From Selaginella moellendorffii (taxonomy: Eukaryota > Plantae > Lycopodiophyta): 64,000 bases of DNA. The notes under the pieces are model-generated. The model saw nothing but the letters and a program-made list of their open reading frames with translations, was not told the origin of the DNA and did not search any database. A program made the translations under genes and the position numbers. The stretch spans positions 3,544,405-3,608,404 of the forward strand of contig NW_003314262.1 in the NCBI RefSeq assembly GCF_000143415.4, given 5' to 3'. Shown here piece by piece: positions 1 through 10,782 of this stretch; position 1 is the first letter of the stretch, and each line of letters begins with the position of its first letter.

Positions 1-2
1 AG

Positions 3-1754
3 GTGGATGGTCGAGCTCTTGTCGCTGCTATCAAGGCCTGTGGCTGTGTAGCTGTGAAGGAGAAGGCAAGCTTGGTTGCCGGACAGGTTGTGAAGATGCT
101 TTCTCTCGAGAGAGGCATGGCTATTCACTCCATGGCGGGCTCCGAGACGGATATATTCGTAGCGAGCAGCTTGGTTGACATGTATGCCAAGTGTGGAAGG
201 ATGGAAGAAGCTCGCAGAGTGTTCGATGGGATACCTGGCCGAGATCACGACGTGGTTTTGTGGACCTCGCTCATACAGGGATATGCCGAGAACGATGAGC
301 TTGATCTGGCTTTCGGGATCTTCGCTAGCGGTGTCGGCTTCCATGGAGCCAACTCTCAAACGTTTGTGGCAGTTCTCAAGGCTTGCTCTGGCCTTGCCTC
401 GATCGAACAGCTTACTCAAGTCGAGGGTAAACTTGTCAAGATCAAGAGCTTGCAGAGAGGTATGTGCGTTCATTCCGAAGCTTCAAAATGTGGTTTTTCT
501 GACATGGACGTTCACGTTGTTAGCAGTTTGATCGACTTGTACGCGAAGTGTGGGAGCATGGAAGACTCACAGGCCGTGTTCGACAGAACTTCGAGGCTCA
601 ACGTGGTTTGCTGGAACGCGTTGATCCTCGGGTATGCTGAAAACGGAGATGACACAATGGCTCTCGGCTGGTTTGAGCAATTCGTGCAATGCTGTGGCGG
701 CGTAGCGGACTCTTGGACGTTCGTTGGTGTGATCAGAGCCTGTTCTTCACTCGCGTCCAGGGAAAGCGTCGAGTCAAGGACCGGCACGAAGATCGTCTCT
801 CTGGAGAAAGGCATGGCCGTTCACTCCCGCGCTCGAAGTCTCGGCTGCCAGTCCAGTATCTATGTTGCCAGCAGCCTCATCGACATGTACGCAAAGTGTG
901 GAAGCATGGTGGACGCCCGCAGGGTCTTTGACAAAGCTCCAAGCGCTACTCGCGACGTTGTTCTGTGGACGACACTGGTTCTGGGATACGCCGAGAATGG
1001 TGACGGCGAAGCAGCTCTAGAGATCTTCCAGCTCATGAAGTCGGAGGGGTGTCACCTGGATGTCCGAGTTTTCGCTGCCGCATTGAAGGCCTGTGCGGTC
1101 TGCTCGGACTTGCGATCCGGAGAAGCCGTCTACGAGGAAACTTGCCGGCACGGGATCGGGCAAGACCCTGTGGTGGTGAGCTGCTTGGTCGATCTATACG
1201 GGAAATGTGGCAGCGTGGCCGGGGCACAGCGAACTTTCGACTGCTCGGGTCCATGCGGGACAGCGACTTGGAACGCTTTGATCGCGGCCTATGCTCAGCA
1301 GGGAGACAGCGGCAAAGTTTTCGAGACGTTCTCGAAGATGCTGGACGAAGCAGCCGCGAGAGAACAAGGAGAGAGCAATGGTGCTGGTCTGTATCTCAAG
1401 CCCGACTCGCTCACTCTGGTATCGGTTCTCACGGCTTGCAGCCATGCCGGGCTCGCTGACAAGGGGAAGCACATCTTGGAGGCGATGCCTGGGAAGTTTG
1501 GGATCCAACCGAGCATCGAGCACTACCACTGCTTGGTCGATCTTCTGGGGCGAGCCAACCGGGTGGAGGAAGCGCTGGCTATGGTGGAAGCGATGCCTTT
1601 TGAGGCGAGTGCAGTGACATGGACGACTGTGTTGGGGTCGTGCAAGAGCGTGGAAGATATCGAGGTGGCAAAGGTTGCTTTTGACTCTTTGGTTTCGTTA
1701 AACGACAGGAAGAGCTCCGCTTATGTGTTGATGGCCGAAGCGCTCAACAAGTAA
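3..1754 (+). CDS. PLS-class pentatricopeptide repeat protein with C-terminal E motifs (organellar RNA editing-type), 5' end outside window, no DYW domain
   Basis: Intronless ORF with repeated 'SSLVDMYAKCG.MEEARRVFD', 'VVLWTSLIQGYAENG', 'TFVAVLKACS' motifs and a terminal 'LTACSHAGL...PSIEHYHCLVDLLGRA...MPFE...W..VLGSC...AYVLM' L2/S2/E signature; stop at 1752-1754. Confidence 0.93.
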   Translation: MDGRALVAAIKACGCVAVKEKASLVAGQVVKMLSLERGMAIHSMAGSETDIFVASSLVDMYAKCGRMEEARRVFDGIPGRDHDVVLWTSLIQGYAENDELDLAFGIFASGVGFHGANSQTFVAVLKACSGLASIEQLTQVEGKLVKIKSLQRGMCVHSEASKCGFSDMDVHVVSSLIDLYAKCGSMEDSQAVFDRTSRLNVVCWNALILGYAENGDDTMALGWFEQFVQCCGGVADSWTFVGVIRACSSLASRESVESRTGTKIVSLEKGMAVHSRARSLGCQSSIYVASSLIDMYAKCGSMVDARRVFDKAPSATRDVVLWTTLVLGYAENGDGEAALEIFQLMKSEGCHLDVRVFAAALKACAVCSDLRSGEAVYEETCRHGIGQDPVVVSCLVDLYGKCGSVAGAQRTFDCSGPCGTATWNALIAAYAQQGDSGKVFETFSKMLDEAAAREQGESNGAGLYLKPDSLTLVSVLTACSHAGLADKGKHILEAMPGKFGIQPSIEHYHCLVDLLGRANRVEEALAMVEAMPFEASAVTWTTVLGSCKSVEDIEVAKVAFDSLVSLNDRKSSAYVLMAEALNK

Positions 1755-2114
1755 AAACAGTCTTTTGCAACAGGATTATTTTATATGATATTTTGGGGCT
1801 TCTGTTAAACTTAAATTAAAGACCATCTCGAGGAAGATGTTATTTTGATATCTTATATGATCATGGATAGATCATACAGTAACATTCTTATAGTTTCACA
1901 CTAATGTGAGCACAAGAGCTCACAATGGAGTAAGAGAAAGCTCCCTTACTCATTGTCAGCAGGATAGTTCATGAGATGATAATGAGCAGGATAGCTCTCC
2001 AAAAGCTCTTATGTTGTTGCTCTTAGAGAGTGTTGAAGAGTATGAGCTAGTTGTCAAGGATAGTCGCATAACGAGCAAATGGGCAGACCGTGGTGCAGTT
2101 CGGCACCTTGAGCA

Positions 2115-5100
2115 TCATACGTGGTCAGCGAGGAGTGGTACTTGCAAGCCCTGCTTGTCACTGTTCCTAAAGCAACAAGAGCGCTGACATTTCGTCTTAA
2201 CCACCGGGCTACTATCGTCGACGGTACTATCAGCAACCAGCTTCGGCTTTATGAGCCTACAGCAACCCGTCTTGCACTCAGAGCGTGCATCCTGCTTTGT
2301 GGGAACATCTTCGCTACCGCCAGCTTGTGAAGCCGCACAACAGCCTGTTTTGCATTTGACAGATGGTTTTGCATCCTGCTTTGCATCGCTGTCCTTCAAA
2401 CCATTCCGGCTACCGTCACTAGCCTCCTCTGGCTTAGACATTCTTGAGCTCTGATGTTTGAAAAGCAGCTGCATACCGTTGAAGGTGACTAAAACGCAGG
2501 TTCCGACATCTGCCAATACCGCAGCCCATAGTGGTGTATATCCTGCAACCGCTAGCCCCACTACAACCAGCTTTGTGAAGAGGGAGAAGAATATGTTCTG
2601 CATGACCACATTCCTGTAGCTTTTCCCGACTGTTCTTAATACTGCTAACCTCCGAAGATCGTTCATCATCAACGCAATGTCCGCTATTTCCATTGCCATG
2701 GCGGAGCCGGCAACTCCCATTGCGATGCCGATATGTGCAGCAGCTAATGCAGGTGCATCGTTCACGCCATCTCCAACCATTGCTGTCGTGCCGACTGAAG
2801 CTTTTAGCTGTTCAATGATCGTGACTTTGTCTCGCGGAAGTAGCTCGGCATGAAATTCAATGCCACCCAACTGTAAAAGGGAAAACGAAACGCTTTAGAA
2901 AAGAAAACGAAAAGAGTTACTACAGGGAAGTACCTGATGGCTCACGCAAGCAGCCGCACTCTGGTTATCCCCAGTCAGCATTAGGACCTTAACACCTGAG
3001 TTCTGGAAGGAAGAGAAGAATATGGTTTTACTATCTCTGCAACAGAACAGACCGCACCTTTATGTTTTCAATGGCTTCACGTGCTTCCGATCGGGCTTTG
3101 TCTGCAGCGCTGAAATGCCCCACCAATTCGCCATTGACGCCAACCCAGCAAATTGTAGCGCCTTGCTTTTCATATTCTTCCAGATGCTGTGAAAACATCG
3201 CTGCCAGTGCCAACAATATGTCAGAAAAGTATGAATGAACAGAATCATACTCAACACGTACAAGTGCGCCAGTTCCGCCGAAACGCCAGCCTAGTGTTTC
3301 CAATCTCAATCAGGTGGCCATCAACAACAGCTGACACTCCTTCACCTTCCAAAATCCTAAAGTCTGCAACATTTTCCGAAGGTTTGATTCCGAGTAGCCG
3401 AACGTATCCAACAAAGGCAGTAGCTACTGGATGAATGGAATGGCTCTCTACGCCAGCAATCCTATATTGAACACTTCCTTTAGCTCATTTGCCGTCAAAA
3501 GACAAGAAGCTTACCGTTGTAGGAGCTCCGACTTGGCGGTCTCAGTGCAATTAACGACATGAAAATCCAGCACTCTGAAATGGCCTTCCGTGAGTGTACC
3601 CGTCTTGTCAATGGCTACCACCTTCATACTTGCTAGAAGCTCGAGACAGTCACCTCCTTTGATTATAAGCCCGAGCTTTGCAGCCCCAGCAATTGCACAC
3701 GTTGCGGTGACAGGAGTGGATATCACGAGAGCGCAAGGGCAAGCCACCACCACTATGATAAGGGATAAATAGAGCCAGTGCCTCTCATAGCTTGTATACA
3801 GAAGAAGTGGGATCAGTGTTGTAGCTGTTGCGACGAGAAAAACGGCTGCGAGGAAAGTGGGACATGAAGTTAGTACTTCGAAGAGGAAGACAAGCTTACC
3901 AGGAGTGTAGTACTTTGCGAATGTTTCCACAACTAGCTCAGTATGTGTACGTTTGCTTTGCGCTTCTTCAACAAGCTTGATCATCCTTGAAAGCGCAGAG
4001 TCTTCCGCTGTTGAAATGGTCTCTATAACCAAATATCCTGCAAAATGTATGATCCTATTTAGATATAGCTGACTAAAAGCCCCCCGCTTACCAGATAAGT
4101 TCACTGTGCCAGCCCAAACATTATCCCCTACATGCTTGGCGACAGGTCTCGATTCTCCTGTTAGACTACTCTCATTTACAGAGCTCTCCCCTGAAATCAA
4201 GACTCCGTCGATTGGAACCATCTCTCCGGCTTTCACAGATATCAGCGTTCCCAACTGGATTTCCTTCAATGGAACTGGCAGACCACTATCGGCAAGTGTG
4301 GCATTCTGAGGAACAAGATCCGCAGCAAAAGCCAAGGCCTCATTAGCCTGCAATATCAAAAAGATTAAAAAAAGAAAAAGTAGCACAAGTATTCAAGGTG
4401 AATCTCGCTTAACCTTCTTCACGGCACGTAATTGAAGCCAATCTGCGAAAGAAAAGAGAAATACAATAGAGCCGGCCTCTATATAATTTTGTAGTCCCAT
4501 TGCACCGATAACTGCCACAGGCAAAAAAGCGTAATGGACATGGAAAAAACACAGCTTCCTGCTTACTGGCAATTAGCATTAACACATTGACGTCGAGTCT
4601 CAGGCGCTTCAATGACATTACGGCCTTCAGAGCAATCCCAGGAGCTCCTAATAGAATTGTCGCTTAACCTTCTTCACGGCACGTAATTGAAGCCAATCTG
4701 CGAAAGAAAAGAGAAATACAATAGAGCCGGCCTCTATATAATTTTGTAGTCCCATTGCACCGATAACTGCCACAGGCAAAAAAGCGTTATGGACATGGAA
4801 AAAACACAGCTTCCTGCTTACTGGCAATTAGCATTAACACATTGACGTCGAGTCTCAGGCGCTTCAATGACATTACGGCCTTCAGAGCAATCCCAGGAGC
4901 TCCTAATAGAATTGTCCCAATGGCAAACCATTGAAATGGGAGATAAAACAGATAAAGAAAGGATAGAACCAGCAGAACACCAGAAACAAGTAACCATAGA
5001 CTCCTCTTGTACTCAGGGTTACTCTTGTGTGGTCCTTCGTGCAGGACACTGGCTTCCATCCTAGCCTCATTAAGAGCTTTAGCTGTATATAATTTGTTAA

Positions 5101-6042
5101 GAGTGTGAACCAATCGATCGAAACTAGCAACTTGCCGAGCTGTGAAGCGGGTGTCAATAACGGGTTGTGAAGTACAGTAACGGTGCGAGTTGTGTAGTTT
5201 ACTGAAACGTCTTCAACACCAGAAAGCGGTTCCAAAATCATTTTGATAGCAGGAATCTCCCCAGCGCAGCAGATCCCAAGAACGTTCAATCTTGTTCTAG
5301 CGATCGGCTGCTTATCGTTGACATCCATCCTCACCTCCTCAGCACTGTCATCGATACGTGAAGAAGTTTGGGATGCCTCGTACTTGAACACTTCCACCAT
5401 ATGATTCGGCTGGCTGTTCAATCTCGCAAGCGACTCCCCGACTTTCAGAAGTTGGCCGTGCTCAAATTCTTTGGAGTCTTGCACATGACTTAAGGTGAAG
5501 GAATCTTCAGTCAGCGGAACGAGCCAATCGAAATGGTCACCGTGTGCTATTCGTTGATGACCACGTTCGGCCCCATGTTTATGAGTTAGTTTTCTCCTCC
5601 ACCATCTTGCTGGAAAAATCCGGCACAGAACACTGACAAGCCGATCACTTGTCAAACTTAAAGGAACCTTCAAATTATCAGGCAATACTTAACTGGCTCA
5701 AGTAGGAGTTTCTCTATTTCTTCACTGCGATGAACATGAGCATGCAAATGGGCCGACTCCAGCTCGCAGCACTTCGCCGACAACTGCGACTGATGAATAG
5801 AGAAACAAAGGCTCCCTGTTTCCTGAGACCCTTGTGTTCCAAAGTATGTAACTCGCCCATCCTCCAGAACCACGACGACAACCTGCTCGCCCTGGTATGG
5901 AACTGATCAAGCAGAATCAATCAATCAATCAATCAACCCAGACCTTGAGAATCGGAGAGACACCCATTTTGCAGGTCAACGCTTGCCACGCCCGCTTAGC
6001 TGCGAGGCCGCCGGGCCGCCCGATACATTTCTTTCTTGACAT
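2115..6042 (-). CDS. P1B-2 type heavy-metal (Zn/Cd) P-type ATPase, HMA2/3/4-like; multi-exon; start and first exon joins uncertain (in-frame ATGs at 6042 or 5967)
   Basis: HMA domain 'VLGICCAGEIPAIKMILEPL', actuator 'ESSLTGES', transmembrane 'VVACPCALVIS', phosphorylation site 'DKTGTLTEG', 'TGDN' exon, hinge 'GDGVNDAPALA', and a Cys-Cys-rich C-tail (CKTGCC twice). Confidence 0.9.
4405..4916. repeat. 255-bp intragenic tandem duplication inside the HMA gene
   Basis: 4405-4659 and 4660-4914 are near-identical (only difference seen: GCGTAATGG vs GCGTTATGG); TC microhomology at the junction. Confidence 0.95.
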
Positions 6043-8893
6043 GGTGCAATAATGCCGATCAACATCACTCACAGCAGACTTCTAAGTTGGACTCTTACAA
6101 AAAGTCCCAACTAAACTCTTTATTATATCTAAACTTATGGAATACGGAAGTATTAAATAATGTAATATTATATTAAAAAAGAGTAATAAAAGAATTGATA
6201 ATGTTGGAAACAGAAGTGGTCTATGATAACTTTTCAACTCTAACATATAGAATGCATCGTGAAACAAAAGATGTAACAATAAATTATGAAATAAACTAGT
6301 AAATTATTGGTAATACTATGTACTTAATATTTTATATCAACCAGTTGTAAGGAGTAGAAGATTTATGTAAGTAGTTGTTTTTTTTCTTTGTTCTTTTTAA
6401 GAGTAACCAGGAAACATGAAACATTCCATGTGAAAAATTATATTTATCTCCACTTCATGTTTGTCACTCATTAGGATGAGATCTTTTGAAGCATTCCATT
6501 ATGTGCTTCTTTCTGCAAGTGTGGCCTTATAGAACAATAATGAGAATAGAGAGTGAAAGAAGAGTACCACTAATGACAAGGGGCTTAGTGATTGACAAGC
6601 CAACCAAGGGGATTGAGTTAGATAGATAAATGTTTTGAGTCACAAGCACTTGGTTAGGCACTGGACCATACTAAGATTTTCATTAAGTTCGTCATTCACA
6701 CTTACTGTATCTCTCTAAATGTTGGCTTGACTGTGTTGATTAGCATTTCTTCGTAGCTTTGAGGTACTTTGCAGCATCTGCACATGTCATAGGTAAGTAA
6801 TGTGGGTGAAAGTTGAGTGTGGGGAAGTAGAAGTGCAGTCATAGATATGCTAGATCATATGTTGGAGATTTCAACTTCAAGCCAGCAAAGGAGGTAGAGT
6901 TGCTGCTCTTATGAAGTCAATGGTAACTTGAGCCGACCGGTTCTGTAGTATAGGAGAATTTGGTGTGTGTTGGGACCAATGGCATGATACAGGAGTTCAA
7001 TTTAGGACTATGGGCTGATGTGTGGCAAGTATTCTTGGAGAAGTGGTTATGCTATGGCTTTTGCAAGCCATCTTTTGAAAAAAAGCTCAACCCATGCAAG
7101 AGAGACTATTGTGACTGATTGAGTGAGGAGTGGTTTCAAGTGCATTCCAAGCCGTGCTGTCTAGGTAATACAGTTGTTCCACCATCTCGTTTGGAGTTTG
7201 CTGTGAAGGACAATAGAGTTGGTGATTGCAGCAACAACATATCAAGCCATAGTCTCTTATCTAGTTGTGAAACGAAACTGCGTTATTTCTTTCCAGGCCT
7301 GGATTTCCACCAAGAGTAATCTGTCTCCATGCAAACGATTCCAGATGGTGTCTTCTCCCATGTCTATGTTGGGAAGATTGAACAGTTCACTCAAAGGTGC
7401 AAGATCCAGTAAGAGGAAGTTCGATTTAATTCTTCTTGAGTGATAGGAAAAACAAAAGTGTATAGGAAGGAAAAAGATTTAGTCAAAAAGGATTGCAACT
7501 AAAAATTTTCCAGACTAAGAACCAGCATTAGTCAAGATAAATGAGATTGAAGGTTTTAAAGCTTTAATAGATGAGCTGCTATAGGTGGGTTTATAGCTGA
7601 GTGAGTATTTGATTCTTTCCTTGTGTGTTTATCAGCTTCAAATATTTCCATGGCACGAGTTTCTAGTTTGGCACCAATTGCACTCACACATTGTCTTCAT
7701 GTAAGCTTTTAGTGGCCTTGACGGCTGCTAGCTTATATGGCTTCTATCCTCTATTCCTAGCAATGAAAGAGTGTCCATTGCTTTTGTGGCTGTGAATGAT
7801 GTTCACAAGGACTTTACATGCAAGGTCAAAATCAAATTTATAATGCTTTTTTTTGTCAGGATTGACCCAAAATTTCTATCCCATGTCTAACGGTCTGCGT
7901 TTCAAGGGGCATATTTACAAATAAAACAACTTTTATGCAATTTTTCCATTTTAACATGATATGCACACAGATCTCAAAGACAAAAATAAAAGTGAATCAC
8001 TCACTTTTATGTATTTCTTGTTCTGTTCTTCTAAAATGTATAGCTACTTTCTCTAACACATTTAGGTTTTGCATTTATTATTATATAAAAAATTCCACAT
8101 AAAAGGTAAACAGATTCTAACCATCAATTTGTCCTATTAAAGCTAATTATAGTAACAAATTTTGAAATGTTATGAAGATTTAAGACTTCAAATCTTGTGG
8201 AGTATAAATTGTTAGTAATAAAATATAAAATATAGAATTTCATATATTAATTTTAAAATAAATATTTATTTTATATATAAATAAGATTTTAATAGCAGAA
8301 AAAGTATAAAGAAACTATATAAACCAAAGTGATGTCAAATATAAAAAATTATATTAAGTATATAATAAGTATTAAGCAAAAAAGTACAAGGTTACTGTCC
8401 ACTTTAAACTAATAATTGGGTAGCTTAATTCCAATTAGTGAAATAATTATCTCAATAATATAATTTAGTGCTTAACGTCTTATTTCAATGTTACATTAAG
8501 TTTTATGAAAGCTTGGAATACAGAAAAATTATTTATTAAATTAAACATTATTCATGATATAATTTCTCAACTCAACTTACTTGGGTTGATAATCTTTGGC
8601 TTAAATAACACTAATTATGTACTTTGTTTGATAGGGAATTGAGGTTTAAGTCTCTGGATGAAAAGAATTTCATAGAGTCATTTCAAGCAAAATACTTTGA
8701 AATTTAAATACGATAAACAGGATGTTATAAAATATATATTGAAGAACATAAAACTGCACAAAATAGGTTATAGATATTAGGCTATATAAAGACCTGAAAG
8801 TCAAAGTGAATAAATCTGGGCATGAGTATGGTTTGCTATACATTTATATTCTATTATAAAACTAAAAGATTTACACAAATCTTTCAAAACTAA

Positions 8894-10559
8894 TTAGCCT
8901 AGAAGTTTTTCCTCCTTAGCTACAAGGGACTCAAGGGCTGCATTTTTGTCTTCCACATTTTTAAATTTGATTCGTCTCCCATGACCTGGAAAAAAACAAC
9001 TCAAGGCTTCTAATGATGCTTTCTGCGAGAAATACCTGGCAAAACCCATATGAAGTCAAGAGGAATGAGAAGCCGCAGACTCTCAACCTGTCGCTCAACT
9101 GGAAAAATGGATAGTGAGGAGAACACAAAATCAAAGAAAGTGCTTACGAGAGTAAAACAAGTATTTATGAGAGATCAAGACGTCTTTGCCGCCCTCGTCT
9201 GCGAAAAGATGATCTCCTGGGAACAATGTTCGCTTTGGTTTGCAAAGAAGGGACACACATCCCTAAGGAAGAAAAGCCAAAGATGGCTTTCTTTCTTGAC
9301 AAAACTTGATCTTAAGAAAGTACCTCTGTGTGACCTGGAGTGTGGATGAGATCCACATCCGACCCAATGAAATCCCATGGTCCAGTGCCCTGAAGCTTGA
9401 TCTCCACGTCTAGAGTGTGTTCTTGTATCTGGAATGAAGAAAAAAGTTGAGATGGACAAAACAAAGAGAATAGAATAGCAAGCAAGCAGCGAAGTACTTA
9501 CGTCGTCGGAATGGAGGATGCGCTCGCACTGAAACCGTTGTTGCCATTTCTTGTGGTCAGCAATGTCATCCCTGTGGAAATAAAATCATCCAAGGCATGA
9601 GTATTTTCCAAAAATGAAAAGAGAAAAGAAAAAATTAGAAAAAAGGAGAAGGCTTGCTTGTGCGTGAGAAACATATAACGAACTCCTCCCATGAGCTCCA
9701 GTTTCTTCGCAAGAACTTCCGTGAACCTTGGGCTGAGAGCAATGATAAAGAACCCATTTATAACCTTGAAACTGGAAAAGAACCAAGAACCTGTCAATGA
9801 GAATGTTGCCTTCTGGTCGTGTGAGAAAGTATGAGGCAGCACCGAATGACTTCTCCGAGTGAAATCCACAGTGATACACTCCCTGCGCCAAATAATCACA
9901 ACGCAAAGCATCAGAAACACAAGAAACATCGAGAGGATTTTGTTAAAACTTACTGGCGCTGTTTGCTCGTCGATTGCGAGTGGAAAGGTGGCCTGTATCT
10001 TTTTTATGTCCGCTTGCGGCTTCTCGGTGTGAATCGATGCTGTCGGGCACGATAACAAGGCCTGGAAAAATAAAATAAAAATTTAAAAGTATTTTCTCGC
10101 TGCTAGAAAAAAAAATTAAAAAAAAAACAAACAAACAAACAAACAAACCTGCAAAGCAGCAAGTCTTTCGTCGGAGGACGAGGGTTGATGGTGTACCGCA
10201 GATAATTCGTCGACACGCTTGAAAACACTCTACAGTGAAAACGAATTTTAGAAAAAAAAATTAAATAAACGAGAGAACTCAACTGGAGCCATCCATCGGC
10301 AAGTATCACAGTCGATGCAAGTATGGTCTGCGGAATTGCAAGGAGAAAGTTTGAGGAGGAACGAAGACGAACGTTTTGCTTGCTTACCCACATAGAGATT
10401 TCCTGGAACATTTTGTGGCCTAGGCGATCTCCGAGAGTGCTGTGTGGAGGCCGCCTTAACCCCGAGGCATTGGCAGCGCGAGAGAGCTCCTGCTGGACGA
10501 GGATGATAAACGGGACGCGAGAGAAGCGATCGATCCAAAGGCCCCATTGACAATGTCAT
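8894..10559 (-). CDS. Ferredoxin-like (CxxCxxC...CP) plus metallo-beta-lactamase-fold protein, likely plastid-targeted; copy A, apparently intact
   Basis: Exons give 'RRSPRPQNVPGNLYV/DHTCIDCDTCRWMAP', 'LSCPTASIHT', 'GVYHCGFHSEKSFGAASYF', 'MFLTH(K)DDIADH', 'TPGHT', 'LFPGDH', 'WVLPGHGRR'. The stop used by copy B reads GAA here, extending the C-terminus by 5 aa to the TAA at 8894. Confidence 0.85.
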
Positions 10560-10782
10560 TGCCCTCCAAATAATCTTGCGATTTTTTTGACGATCACATT
10601 TGCGTGCTTTTATAGAAATGCAACGTGGGGTCTGGATGTTTCAATGTAACCGCGCAGGAACAAACCAGGAAGGAAGAACAATTGATTAACATCACCTCTA
10701 ATGGAAACTAGAATTTTCCAGATTGAAGAAAGAGTTTACCGTTTTAAACAGTACCTGGCTGTGCATGGAGGCAAGAAAAAAC

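Noticed and set aside
6500-7850. Moderate-GC segment with short ORFs (7119-7443)
   Set aside because: No recognisable motifs on either strand; possibly an old TE or gene relic but not supportable.
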